A stretch of DNA of 64,000 nucleotides from Cenococcum geophilum (Eukaryota). Of this stretch, positions 50,234 to 62,657 are shown piece by piece (within the stretch, counting starts at the first letter, position 1; each line of letters begins with the position of its first letter). The notes beneath the pieces were generated by a model. The model was not told where the DNA came from, did not search any database, and worked only from the letters and a program-made list of their open reading frames with translations. The DNA lies in NCBI GenBank assembly GCA_050273025.1, contig CP158636.1, positions 1,736,001-1,800,000 on the forward strand, given 5' to 3'. The position numbers and the translations under genes are program-made.

Positions 50234-52833
50234 TTAGATATTCTTATAAAGCCAATCTAAAGAACGCCGGCCCTATAGCTGCTCTAGCTGGTTAATAGCC
50301 TATTTCTTATCTCTTACCGTACTATCTTTTACGCGCCGTCTTATATCCTTAATTATCTTACGGCGACGGCTATAGAATATAGCCTCGCCGTTAACCCGCT
50401 AGCGCGCCCCCTAGTAGTAATTAAGAGCTTTAATTAACGGCCTATCCGCTAGCCCTAAAGTCCACTTAGCCTAGAGCTAAAATACCAAATTACCGCCCTA
50501 AAGTATCTTATATTTTCTTAGCAGCGCCTATAAGTTAAGGATAAATAAAAGAGGTAGTTAAGTATTTACTTACGCCTACGCTAGCGGGGGTGGCGTGGAT
50601 ATAGTAGATGGCTAAGCGGGTAGTGTAGATATAGTAAATAGCTAAGCGGGGGGTGCGGATATAGCAGATAGCTAAGTAGGGGGTGCGGATATAGTAGATA
50701 GCTAAGCGGGGGGTGTGGATATAGCAGATAGCGGAGCGGGGGGTGCGGATATAGTAGACAGCTAAGCGGGCGGTGCGGATATAGTAGATAGCTAAGTAGG
50801 TGGCGCGGATATAGTAGACGTTATAGTAGACGTTATAGTAGATGGTGGATATATGGACTCTATAGGCCCTATTTAGATACCTATCTTTCCTTATTAGATC
50901 TATATAGGTATAGGTATAAATAATGCTAATAACCTTTTTATCTTACTAAGGCGTTTTAAGATCGTATATACGTGTAACTAAACCCCCTTAATCTCTAAGA
51001 TTGCGGCCTTATATCTTAGCTTAGCTACGGCCTTATATGCGGGCCAGTATTTCCGTATTATTAGTTTATTTAGCGTAACTACGTTAGCTAGTAAGCTTTT
51101 TACCTATATAGCAAACCTCTGGTACTCCTTATAGCTAAAGAGGGAGTTTTTTTATAAGGGGTGGAGCGGGAACTGCTTATATAGGATTACTAAGTCCTAT
51201 AATAGGATTACCCTAAGTATATAGAGAAGGCGTAGAAATCCTAAGCCTATAAGGTTAAGCTGTATAACCTTATTATTAGCCCTATCTAGGTAGTAAGTCT
51301 CCATATATTTTAGCCAGATATTAGTCTTAGGCCATATCTTTAAGTAAAGGGCCTCCTCTAGTACCTCCCGCGCGCGGGGAAGAAAGTAGCCCTTTTCCTC
51401 CTTTAGGAAGCCGGTAATTGACCACATAAACGCACGGGGTAGGTAGCTAAAGTAGGCTCCTATTATCGCGTCTATATTCTAGCGTCTAGCCTATCTAATT
51501 TAGGTCTCCTTAACGCCGCTAAGCTTAGTATACCGGACGCTCTACTTACGGGCGCTATAGGTCTTCTCTTTTAAGTAAATCGCTACCCCCTAGAACATCT
51601 TCTTATTTTATTTAAACTACGTATAATAGCTTAGCGGCTATTATAGTACTTTAATGCTGCTAGGGAAGACGTATAGGTTATAGTAGTCCTCTAGCTACTA
51701 AAAGGATAGGAAGCTCTTAGCGCCGTCCTTACCCTAGCGGTTAAAGAAGTAGAAGGCTATTATAGAGAGAGGGTAGAGGATAGGGTTAGTATTGCGTATA
51801 TAGTCTATATACTTAACCTTACCGTACTAATTCTACTTCCCCTATATTATTAATATAATTATATACGGCGCTAGCTCGTCTAGTTTAGGCCCTTTATTCT
51901 CTAGTTTAATAAGAATAAAGTTAACAAGCTAAACATCCCGTTTACTTTTACCCTAGGTAATAGTAGTATAGCCTAAGGAAAGAAATAGGTTAGAAAACGG
52001 TAGCTATATAAACTAGTAATATACAAACCTAATAAATGCTCGGCCATAGTTTAAAGGTAAGACTTAACTAAACCTAGTATTTTAGAGCCCGTCTTCTAGT
52101 ACTAAGTAATCGCCCTTTTAAGCCCTTTAATGTTATAGCCGCCAGTAATTATAAATAGGCCTCAGTTAATAAAGTTAACGCGTTAAATCCGGTCCTTATT
52201 ATAGCGAACGCTGTCTAGTATTGCTAAGAGCTTCGCCCCCCGTAGTGGCTGCGAGGCCTTACCTTCTAATTACTATATATAGAGCTTAGTAATAGCGGAG
52301 ATATAGCTATTTATAACTAAGTATCGGACTATCTTAATAAAAAGGGCGTCTAGGGCCTCCTTATCCCATATCTCTCCTTCCTTATCCTTTATAGCTTCTT
52401 CCCCTATAGCTGCGGCTGCCCCTATAGCTGCCTTCCCCCCTAGTTACCCTTCCGCCTTAGCCGTTTTCTACCTCTTCTTTACCTACTTACTATCTTTCTA
52501 TATCTCTTTCCGTTTTAACTTATATTTTTAATAGCCAGCGGCCCGTAATTCTTAGTTAATAACTTACTACTCTAGAAATAGGTAAAGCTTATCTTTTATT
52601 ACCCGGGCGCCGTCTATATTGCCTTCTAGTCTTATATACTAGTCTTCCTACTCTTTCTACTTTAGCTTATACGCCCTTATAGTATTCTTTAAGCGCTAGG
52701 CCTTATAAATATCCTATAGCCGCGCTATCTAGGCCTTAAATTCACTCTAGAGGCTATAGGGGGGGGAGGTTAAGGGGGCTTCCTTTAGCCGTAAAGTGGA
52801 CCGTAGGGTAAGAAGATTCTTAAAAGACTCTAT
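50234..52833 (-). pseudogene. Crypton tyrosine recombinase/GCR1_C, unit 3
   Basis: Collinear; includes track ORF 51197-51427 (GYFLPRAREV..LRVILL). Confidence 0.9.
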
Positions 52834-53783
52834 ATCCGTAAGAGGTAAGGGGGAGACATATAAGCGCGGTGTAGGTAAATAAAGCTACCAAACGCGTAAA
52901 TATTATAGGAGAAGAAGAAGAGAGCTCTATATTATAGAATTAGAATTACAATAGGCCTTTCTATATAAAATTAGAAGCTCTGCGTAAGCTATCGCGGGTA
53001 TAAAAATAGTAGAGGGTTGGAAAATAAATTGTTAAGGCGACGATGAGGTTAAAGGCGCGCTAAGGCTCTCTATACTAACCTAGTACTAACCTAGGCCTTA
53101 AAAACGCGTCTAAAAAGTAAGGGCTACCACCTAGGGGGGGTGCGATATTTAGACGATATGTTAAGGACCTTAGGGGCTTATATATAACCTAAGGTTATAC
53201 TAAGCCTAACCCAGACCTCTAATACCTATTATATATTAGGGGGGGTTATTTAGCTTAGTTACGGCCTAGGTTAATACGAGGTTAGGGCCACCCCTACTAA
53301 TAATTAGCGCGAACCCCGCATAAGGTCGCGCAGCGACCGCCCCTAAGTACCTTTACACGCGATTTTAGGCGAAAAGGTATATAATTTAAGTTAGATCGGT
53401 ACTTCTGGACAGTTATATAATATTACTCTAAATTTTAAACACCTAAACGCGTGCCATTTCTATATTAAGGCGTCTTAGTTACTATAATATAGTCCTATAT
53501 TAAGACGTCTCAGTTACTAGAGTATAGTCCTATATTAAGGCGTCTTAGTCACTATAGTATAGTCTTATATTAAGGCGTCTTGGTTACTACAATATAGTCT
53601 TATATTAAGGCGTCTTAGTTACTATAGTAGTCCTATATTAAGACGTCTTAGTTACTATAGTGCAGTCCTATATTAAGGCGTCTTGGTTACTATAGTAGTT
53701 TTATAGTAAGATAGTATTATATATATATATATACTGTTTAATACAGAGCCTTTCCCTTTCTTCCCTACCCTAAGAGCTAGTAG

Positions 53784-56382
53784 TTAGATATTCTTATAAA
53801 GCCAATCTAAAGAACGCCGGCCCTATAGCTGCTCTAGCTAGTTAATAGCCTATCTTTTATCTCTTACCGTACCGTCTTCTATGCGCTATCTTATATTCTT
53901 AATTATCTTACGGCGACGGCTATAGAATATAGCCTCGCCGTTAACCCGCTAGCGCGCCCCCTAGTAGTAATTAAGAGCTTTAATTAACGGCCCACCCGCT
54001 AGCCCTAAAGTCCACTTAGCCTAGAGCTAGAATACTAAATTGCCGCCCTAAAGCATCTTATATTTTCTTAATAGCGCCTATAGGTTAAGGATAAATAGGA
54101 GAGGTAGTTAAGTATCTACTTGCGCCTACGCTAGCGGGGGCGGCGTAGATATAGTAAATGGCTAAGCGGGTAGTATGGATATAGTAGATAGCTAAGCGGG
54201 GGGTGCGGATATAGTAGATAGCTAAGTAGGGGGTGTAGATATAGTAGATAGCTAAGCAGGGGGTGTGGATATAGTAGATAGCGGAGCAGAGGGTACGGAT
54301 ATAGTAAATAGCTAAGCGGGCAGTGTGGATATAGTAGATAGCTAAGCAGGTAGCGCGGATATAGTAGACGTTATAGTAGACATTATAGTAGATAGTGGAT
54401 ATATGGACTCTATAGGCCCTATCTAGATACCCGTCTTTCCTTACTAGATCTATATAGGTGTAGGTATAAATAATACTAATAACCTTTTTATCTCGCTAAG
54501 GTGTTCTAAGATCATATATACGTGTAACTAAACCCCCTTAATCTCTAAGATTGCGGCCTTATATTTTAGCTTAGCTATAGCTTTATAGGCGGGCCAGTAT
54601 TTCCATATTATTAGTTTATTTAGCGTAACTATATTAGCTAGCGAGCTTTTTACCCGCGTAGTAAATCTCTAGTACTCCTTATAGCTAAAGAGGGAGTCCT
54701 TTTATAGGGGGTAGAGTGAGAACTGCTTACGTAGGATTACTAAGTCCTATAATAGGATTACCCTAAGCGTATAGAGGAGGCGTAGAAATCCTAAGCCTAT
54801 AAGGTTAAGCTATATAACCTTATTATTAGCCCTATCTAGGTAGTAGGTCTCTATACATTTTAGCCAGATATTAGTCTCGGGCTATATCTTTAAGCAAAGG
54901 GCCTCCTCTAGCACCTCCTGCGCGTAGGGAAGAAAGTAGCCCTTTCCTTTCTTTAGGAAGCCGGTAATTGACCGTATAAACGCACAGGGTAGGTAGCTAA
55001 GGTAGGCTCCTATTATTGCGTTTATATTCTAGCGTCCGGCTTATCTAATTTAGGTCTCCTTAATGCTGCTAAGCTTAGTATATTAGACGCTCTACTTACG
55101 GGCGCTATAGGTCTTCTCTTTTAAGTAAATCCCTACCCCCTAGAATATCTTCTTATTCTATTTAAACTGTATATAATAGCTTAGCGGCTATTACGGTACT
55201 TTAATGCTGCCAGGGAAGATATATAGGTTATAGTAGTCCTCTGGCTACCGAAAGAATGGGAAGCTCTTAGCGCCGTTCTTACCCTAGCGGTTAAAGAAGT
55301 AGAAGGCTATTATAGAGAGAGGGTAGAGGATGGGGTTAGTATTACGTATATAGCCTATATACTTAACCTTACCGTGCTAATTCTACTTCCTTTATATTAT
55401 TAATATAATTATATACAGCGCTAGCTCGTTTAGTTTAGGCCCTTTATTCTCTAGTTTAATAAGGACAAAGTTAATAAGCTAAATATCCCATCTACTTTTA
55501 CCCTAGGTAATAGTAGTATAGTCTAAGAAAAGGAATAGGTTAGAAAATAGTAGCTATATAAACTGGTAATATATAAACCTAATAAATACTCGGCTATAGT
55601 TTAAAGGTAAGACTTAACTAAACCTAGCATTTTAGAGCCCGTCTCCTAGTACTAAGTAATCGCCCTTTTAAGCCCTTTAACGTCGTAGCCGCTAGTAATT
55701 ATAAATAGGTTTTAGTTAATAAAGTTAACGCGTTAAATCCGGTCCTTATTGCGGTAAATACTATCTAGTATCGCTAAAAGCTTCGCCCCCTGTAGTGGCT
55801 GCAAGGCCTTACCTTCTAATTACCATATATAGAGCTTAGTAATAGTGGAGACATAGCTATTTATAACTAAGTATCGGATTATCTTATTAAAAAGGGCGTC
55901 TAGGGCCTCCTTATCCCATATCTCTCCTTTTTTATCCTTTATAGCTTCTTCCCCTATAGCTGCGGCTGCCCCTATAGCTGCCTTCCCCCCTAGCTGCCCT
56001 CCTGCCTTAGCTGTTTTCTGCCTCTTCTTTACCTATTTACTATCTTTCTATATCTCTTTCCGTTTTAACTTATATTTTTAATAGCCAGCGGCCTATAATT
56101 CTCGGTTAATAACTTACTGCTCTAGAAATAGGTAAAGCTTATCTTTTATTACCTAGGCGCCGTCCGTATTGCCTTCTAGTCTCGCGTACTAGTCTTCCTA
56201 CTCTTTCTACTTTGGCTTATACGCCCTTATAGTATTCTTTAAGCGCTAGGCCTTATAAATATCCTATAGCCATGCCATCTAGGCCTTAAATTCGCTCTGG
56301 AGGCTATAGGGGGGGAGGCTAAGGGGGCTTCCTTTAGCCGTAAAGTGGACCGTAGGGTAAGAAGATTCTTAAAAGACTCCAT
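53784..56382 (-). pseudogene. Crypton tyrosine recombinase/GCR1_C, unit 4
   Basis: Collinear; the probable start ATG GAG TCT TTT is retained at 56382. Confidence 0.9.
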
Positions 56383-56777
56383 ATCTGTAAGAGGTAAGGG
56401 GGAGACACGTAAGCGCGGTGTGGGTAAATAAAGCCACCGAACGCGTAAATATCATAGGAGAAGAAGAAGAGAGCTCTATATTATAGAATTAGAATTATAG
56501 TAGGCCTTTCTATATAAAATTAGAAGCCCTACGCGAGCTATCGCGGGCACAAAAATAGTAGAGGGTTGGAAAATGGATTGTTAAGGCGACGATGAGGTCG
56601 AAGGCGCGCTAAGGCCCTCTATACTAACCTAGTACTAACCTAGGCCTTAAAAACGCGTCCGAAAAGTAGGGGCCACCACCTAGGGGGGGTGCGATATTTG
56701 GACGATATGTTGAGGACCTTAGGGGCTCGTGCGTAACCTGAGGTTATGCCAAGCCTAACCCGGACCTCCGATACCTA

Positions 56778-59700
56778 GAGCCATCTTTAAGAGCCTTAGC
56801 CGAGTTATTCGCTCCTCCCACTAATATAATATAGGATCGTGCGTAAGCGGATAATTATCTTTAAGAGGCTCTTAAGCCTTCCAAGTTTTGTATTCGTTGG
56901 CGTCGGCAAGGCTTTAAGAGCAACGAGTATTAGCACGAATGTAGTTATCTCTACCCGACGCCGCGTGTAATCGTTTCTGCGGCTAGGTTAGTAACATAGT
57001 TAAAGGCTCTGGATGAGCTTTATATAGAAGCCAAAGGTTAAGAAAAGCTGCGTCGTTTTTAATTAGCTAATTGGGGCGGTCTGCCTATGCGTACTTTAGA
57101 AGTTCTTATAGAGAGGATGAAGTAGAATAGCTGTATAGTAGACGGGAGTTATATTAAGCTTCTCGAAATACTTATTAAGCTTTAACTAGCTACGGTTAAG
57201 GTTAATTATATAGTGGTCCTTAATTGGTTCCTAATCTGGATAGCTTTTTACTATTACTTTAGCTACTTAAGTCTTCCTTTCCTTAAAGAGCTTAAGCAGC
57301 TAATTGTCACAGCGACTCAGTCAATCGAGGCACGAGCGCCGTAGAACGTATGCAAGCCTGTACAATTGGTAGTCTATTGACCCGGATATCAAGATAAGGA
57401 GAAGAAGAAGGTCGTGGAAAGGACACGTCTATATACATGGAGCCAAGACGTAAGCGAACCCCCCTGACTAGGCCCTATCCAGGTTACGCGCGTCAGTGCC
57501 GTAACATTACCCCCCCCTTCAAAAAAGCTTGCCCTCAAGCTTTATTCTTAGGTGCTTGTCTTCTACCTCTTGTACAGTTGTAGTTATTTGCTGCAGGTGG
57601 GGCAGCAGTAGTCGATGAGATGCTGCAGGCAGAGCAGCGAGTGTCAGTTGGAATGCTGCAGGCAGAGCAGCGAGGGTCGATCGTAGTGCTGCGGGCGTAG
57701 CAGCAGAAGTCAATTGTGGTACTGCAGGCAGGAGCAGTAGTGGTCGAATTAAGGTTTAGCTGCAGGTAGGAGCAGCTGTGTTTGGGTAGTAGTACGGTAC
57801 TAGCGGCGGTAACGATAGTGGTCGAGCACAGAGCTCGTCTATCGGTTGTCTTGTGATAGCAGGTCGAACGTAGAGCTCGGGCTATCGATTGGTCTCGTCG
57901 ACTGTGGCAGGGCAGTCGTTTGTTGTAGCAGTACGATGCAAGCGGAAGTCGTGGATCGCAGGCGTAACGGCACGATCGTACGGTCAGAAGACTGTAGGCG
58001 TATCGGCACAGTTGTAGTCAGGTCGTAGTAGCAGGCGTATTGGCGCTACTGTTGTCGAGTATATGGATCGTATGCATATCGGCACGATCGGTAGTTAATA
58101 GCAGAGTGATGCCAGCGTTGATAGTCCTAGTGATTTCGTTCCTCGCAGCTTGTACAACTTAGTATCAGTCGGGGTCGTTCTTCGCAGCCAGTGTATAGCA
58201 CTAGTCTCAGTATCAACCGATTTCGTTCCTCACAGTATACGTAGCTTAGTATCCATTAAAAAGGACTATTTAGGTAGTAGTACGGTGCAAGCGTCCGATA
58301 GAGACGTACGGTGGTCGTTTAAAGGGTCGTCGTTCGATCGATTGGTCGGTAGGTGTACGCGTTCGGTTGACAGATATACGCGTTGCTCGGTCGGTTGACG
58401 AGATCGTACGGTCGGAAAGAGGTTACCGCTCGGCACGTGCTTCCCCATAGCATAGGCGGCCGTTTGGTAGAGAGAAAAGAAAAAAAGAAGAGAACATGAG
58501 GGAGGGTACCTATAAGTGTAGGGATTCCATACCCAGCCACCACAGGACCACGGTGAGTGTGTCTACGATTGTAGAACTTCGATGATTCCTACGATTGTAG
58601 GGCTTTAATGACAATAACAATGATTCCTGCTTTGTCTTAGAGTATGCATCTCCTGCCTTCTTTGTTATAGGAGTTAGGCTCTCCTTCCTTCCTTTGCCTG
58701 CTAGTATATAGGGCTCCGTCACCCATTAACTACCCTAGGCCACAGGGCTTCTTTGACCTGGGATACAACAGCCTGCGATCGGTTGAGGGATCTTGATATA
58801 ATGTCACAGCGACTTAGTTAATCGAGGCACGAGCGCCGTAGAACGTATGCAAGCCTGTACAATTGGTAGTCTATTGACCCGGATATCAAGATGAGGAGAA
58901 GAAGAAGGTCGTGGAAAGGACACGTCTATATACATGGAGCCAAGACGTAAGCGAACCCCCCTGACTAGGCCCTATCCAGGTTACGCGCGTCAGTGCCGTA
59001 ACACTAATTAAATGTAGGAATAACCTCCTAAATTGCTCCATGCAGGCCCGACTTGCCTTTAGCTTTAAGCAGCTTAGTAGCTTCACAAATTGGTAATAGA
59101 ATGTTAATGTAGTTAATAATAACGTCCCAATTGTAAGAGTTTAAAGCTCTACCTACAATAACTAGGGGAGGTAAAGGTACCTTCTTTCCCTTAGCTATTA
59201 GAGGAGCCACTTCCTTCTTATACTTTGTAATTATATATTATACGATTAAATTAATTACGCCGTAAAGAAGGACAGCTTGGGTAAAGGTGTTGTAATAACT
59301 ATTCCATCTAGTTTTAACTGGCTTTATTACCTAAAGGATTTTAACGCTAGCTGCTAGTAGATTGCTTTACTCTAATTGCTAGTAATTCTTAAAGATTTAA
59401 TAAAGCTAAGGTGTAGTAATAGAATTAAGGATATTAATAAAAACGCCAAGAGGACTTTTCTTTTACTATTCTTTAAGGAAACGTTCTTCGTCCTACTTAG
59501 TAGAAATTAGTAAGGGAGTAGGAAGTTAAGATTTATTAGTTAATATACTGGTATATTTATATTCTTATTCTTATAGGCGTCTTTATCTTTTTTAAATAAA
59601 ATTAACTGGGCTATAAGATTAAGGGTATAAGCTGCGCACTAGATCTAGTAAGTCTCCTTCTTAAAGCTAAACTTAAGAGACAGATAATCTAGGCAGATAC

Positions 59701-60998
59701 TATTATTAGCGGTATTATTAGTAATAAAATAGCTAAGCCTCTCTTTACTAACGCCAAAATAGGTAAGAACGCTGCTTATTACTTTGGCGTAGTTAATTCC
59801 TATATAGCGGCCAAGTTGCTCTAGTAGAGTAATTAAGTAGTTAACTACCTTACCTTTGCGATTAAGGTGGTGAACATATACGCTAGTAAGGGAGTATTTG
59901 CTACTACGCATAGTCTAGCCGTTAAATAAGAAATAAAGCTTTAAGCGGGCGTTCGCGAGCTTATTAATTATAGCTAGTTAGTAGGCCTTATAGTTCTATA
60001 TTACGTAAAGCCGAATTAATTAATGCGTTTTCTAAATCCATCTCTTAGCGTTAGGATTGGCAGTAGCTATTATAGTATAAAAGAAAGGTGTTTTAACTTC
60101 TTATAGAGGATAATTGTTCTTAGTAATCTACTTAATTATAGCTTACTAAAAGGTGTTCTTATTAAAGCCGCCAATGAGATTATTCGTAAGGCCTTAAGAA
60201 ATTTTATGCTTTTTATTAAGAACTTTAAGTATTATTACCTTCCGCTTCTTCTCAAATTTAATTTCGCCCTGCTTATTATAGCTATAACCCTTCTTTTCCT
60301 CTATAAGGTGTTAGGACGTAGAAGAGGTAATAGCGGTAACATTAAATCGGCCGCCCGGTATACTATACTAATAGCAATACTTACATTCCTAGAACAGTTA
60401 CTTGCTACTGCGATGTTAAAGCTAATATCTATACTTATAGATAAAGCTCTAGCCCCTTTCTAAGGCTTTAAACGGCTTCTGGTATCACCCAAGTCGTTCC
60501 CAATTAATTCCATTATAATTTATCTTAGGATCGCTATTATCTAATAACGGGGAAGCATCTAGAGCGACAGCTTTGGAAAGTGCAATTATGGGCGTTAGGG
60601 TAGCTATCGCGTTTAGGTTAGTTTTGGTAAGATCTTAGGGCATAACTAATAGCAGGGCTAGTACATAGCTCCTAGATTAGTCGTGTTTTGGGGGGGTATA
60701 AGGGAGAGATCTCCCTAACTCTAGATCGCGACTTATGCGCAAGGAAGTTCGGCGCGGAAAAATAATTACACGGAGCAAAATCAGTAAAACTTAACACCAA
60801 AAGTGTATTACCAGATTGGACTCTCAACCAAAACCCTATATATATAATTCCTATCAAGCGGGCAAGCAAGCAAGCAAGCTGGGCCTAATTGGGCTTGCTG
60901 GCTTGCCAAAATTAGGCCTTTTGGCTTGCTGGCTTGCTTGATTACTAATCAAGCAAGCAAGCAAGCTAGTCAAGCCAGCTTGCTTGTTACCAACTCTG
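56778..60998 (-). mobile_element. hAT DNA transposon (hAT-A), RIPped; continues briefly at 36606-36637 beyond the Crypton array
   Basis: Terminus CAGAGTTGGTAACAAGCAAGC at 60998 with CAAG subterminal repeats. Minus-strand motifs: ECKYC BED-like finger (~60390), YFITxNxANN (~59730), CAAxTLNLIA (~59638), PVKTRWNS (~59322), and the dimerisation-domain start RLxKMAL (~56800-56778). Confidence 0.9.
57305..59003 (-). mobile_element. 1.7-kb non-autonomous Gypsy-type LTR element (TRIM/LARD-like), lightly RIPped
   Basis: 202-bp TG..CA LTRs at 57305-57506 and 58802-59003, nearly identical; TSD CTAAT. G-rich PPT on the minus strand (57507-57520), preceded by CTTGAGGGCAAG. No gag/pol motifs recognised. 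Confidence 0.93.
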
Positions 60999-61848
60999 GT
61001 AATAGTCAATGTCGAATACTCGTAAACTTTGCCCATTTGCGACGACTCGTTCAACCAATCATCGCGCGAATTCTGAATGACACAGAGCGAATCAATCCAT
61101 ATATAGTCGAAGCCCAGCATCCTTGCTGCAGTAATAGCATCTTTGAAGGTTTGGGGGAGGTCCGACTCGGGTAGAGCTTTTTGAAATGAAGCCTTATTCT
61201 CCTTTGTGAGCACTGTCTTGTCGCATATCTTACCCCAGCAATGTGAAAGTGTTGCGTATGAAACCGACGCAGGAATCTGATTACCCTCACACAGCTTTGA
61301 GCAAATTCCTTCTTTATTGATTTCCACCAACCGTGTTGGGTTCCAATCACGACGCACCGTTCGTTGATGTTCGCTGCACTTTGTATGGTTTTCCCGACAA
61401 TTCTCAATCCAGTTACGAGCAAGAGAGAAGCAAGCATTAGATCCCGTAAATGCTGTCTGTTGATTAATACCGAAGCGTAGCCGGTCTGCTGGAGAGTCAG
61501 AGCTTTCTAACAAAATTGCGTGGTCGCATTGAGCGTACCGGTACCGTGACGTGGGCCGATTCGAGTGACTTGAAAATAAGTCTCGTTAAGCCTACTTCCT
61601 GGATCCTTGGAGTCATATACGTTGAAGACGAGGGCATAGTCTATACGAGTTCTTTTCATCCATATAATCTCGGTTTTGATTCGTCCTAGGTCTCGATTGG
61701 ATCGGTATAAGAATGCGCACGCGTTACAACTTTGACGCGACTTAAAGTTGGGAGAACGGGCAGGACGGTGGTAAGGTATCTTCCCTACGTCTCCTTTTCT
61801 CGCAGCCTCCAAATACCAGAACAGTTCTTTACAGCGCCTACAAAGCAT
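60999..61848 (-). pseudogene. HET (heterokaryon incompatibility)-domain gene, 5' half, truncated by the hAT insertion; exons 61848-61539 and 61488-60999
   Basis: MLCRRC start. A 50-bp intron GTACGC..CTGAC..CAG joins the exons in frame. HET motifs PTRLV, YATLSHCWG, LPQTFKDAI..LGFDYIWIDSLCVIQ..DW..ESSQMGKVY..STLTI, after which the hAT terminus begins. Confidence 0.93.
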
Positions 61849-62657
61849 GGCTCCATAAATTGGAGAAGCAGAGCGGCTTCCTAGATACGCGCCCGAATTT
61901 TCAGGCTTTCAACGATGGTTTTGCTACTGAATGATACGACATACAGCTCTAAGCGGGAAAGAAAACTATATTACGAATGAGGAGTTTTAATAACGCTGAA
62001 CGTAATGCTGTAGAAGACTAGGCAGCAAGCGCCAAGTGGGCTGCAGCTACCGTATCTTATTATCCGGCGCACGTGGTAGGTTAGTCTTGGCACGAGCGGT
62101 TAGTCTTCAATTCTTGGAAGTATTCTGCGCTCTTAGTTTTCGACGAATGAGTTGTTCGATGTCCCCTTTGGTGGGATCTTGCGGTCAAAGCCTTAGGTCG
62201 GCCCGGAAGCGGTTCTGGAAGGCAGGTAGGTCCCTCCTCGAGATGCACATTTTTAGACTGCTTGAGGTATACACCCATTTCTGGAGACGTCTTGCAAAGT
62301 CTCTCTGAGATCTAGTACGCTAATAATTTATTTTTATTTTTGGGCATAACTTGCTTACATCAACTTCCATTAAAGTCATCTCGTTGGTCAAAAATGATAC
62401 TCTCAAATCCTCATCGAAGAGCCCATCATAAACATCCGTAACTCGCGTCCAGCCTTTACCCATATAAATTCATCACAACTGTACCCAAATAGCCAATCCT
62501 CTTACGCCATCAATGCCAAGCAACGTACTGACGTAGTGACACCCACGCTGTATTGTATAAACATATCTACAAGGCTCTTAGCCGTGCAAAGAAGCCACTC
62601 TCAAAGGAACTAGCTGCCTTGCTCAGCCCCACTCGACTTCTGCACCATTCTCGTCAA

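Larger units (their letters stand above)
36629..56777 (-). mobile_element. Head-to-tail array of four Crypton (CryptonF-type) tyrosine-recombinase transposons, ~3.52-3.55 kb per unit net of inserts
   Basis: Junction motif CGATA(C/T)CTA at 36629, 46001, 49691, 53220 (RIPped to TAATACCTA) and 56769. Each unit has the same minus-strand ORF, the same 35-bp repeats and the same 30-bp repeats. No TIRs or LTRs. Confidence 0.92.

Noticed and set aside
36629..56777. Starship (DUF3435 captain) interpretation of the tyrosine recombinase
   Set aside because: The protein has Ndc10-II-like motifs and a GCR1_C tail in 3.5-kb cargo-free units, which is the Crypton layout.
36629..56777. Assembly artefact as the cause of the four-fold repeat
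   Set aside because: Each unit has its own RIP substitutions, indels and insertions.
57519..58722. Short ORFs inside the small LTR element
   Set aside because: No gag or pol motifs, low complexity, both strands. Only the LEDK/LEGKLF-like ending echoes a Gypsy pol 3' end.
1..60998. Low-GC block as horizontally acquired or organellar DNA
   Set aside because: The composition is explained by RIP-type C-to-T and G-to-A changes in recognisable fungal transposons.
60854..61513. 219-aa track ORF as a complete HET protein
   Set aside because: Its start lies inside the intron and its last ~47 residues come from the hAT terminus.
62036..62308. Short ORFs between the HET and membrane-protein genes
   Set aside because: No recognisable domain or splice support; probably intergenic or promoter sequence.
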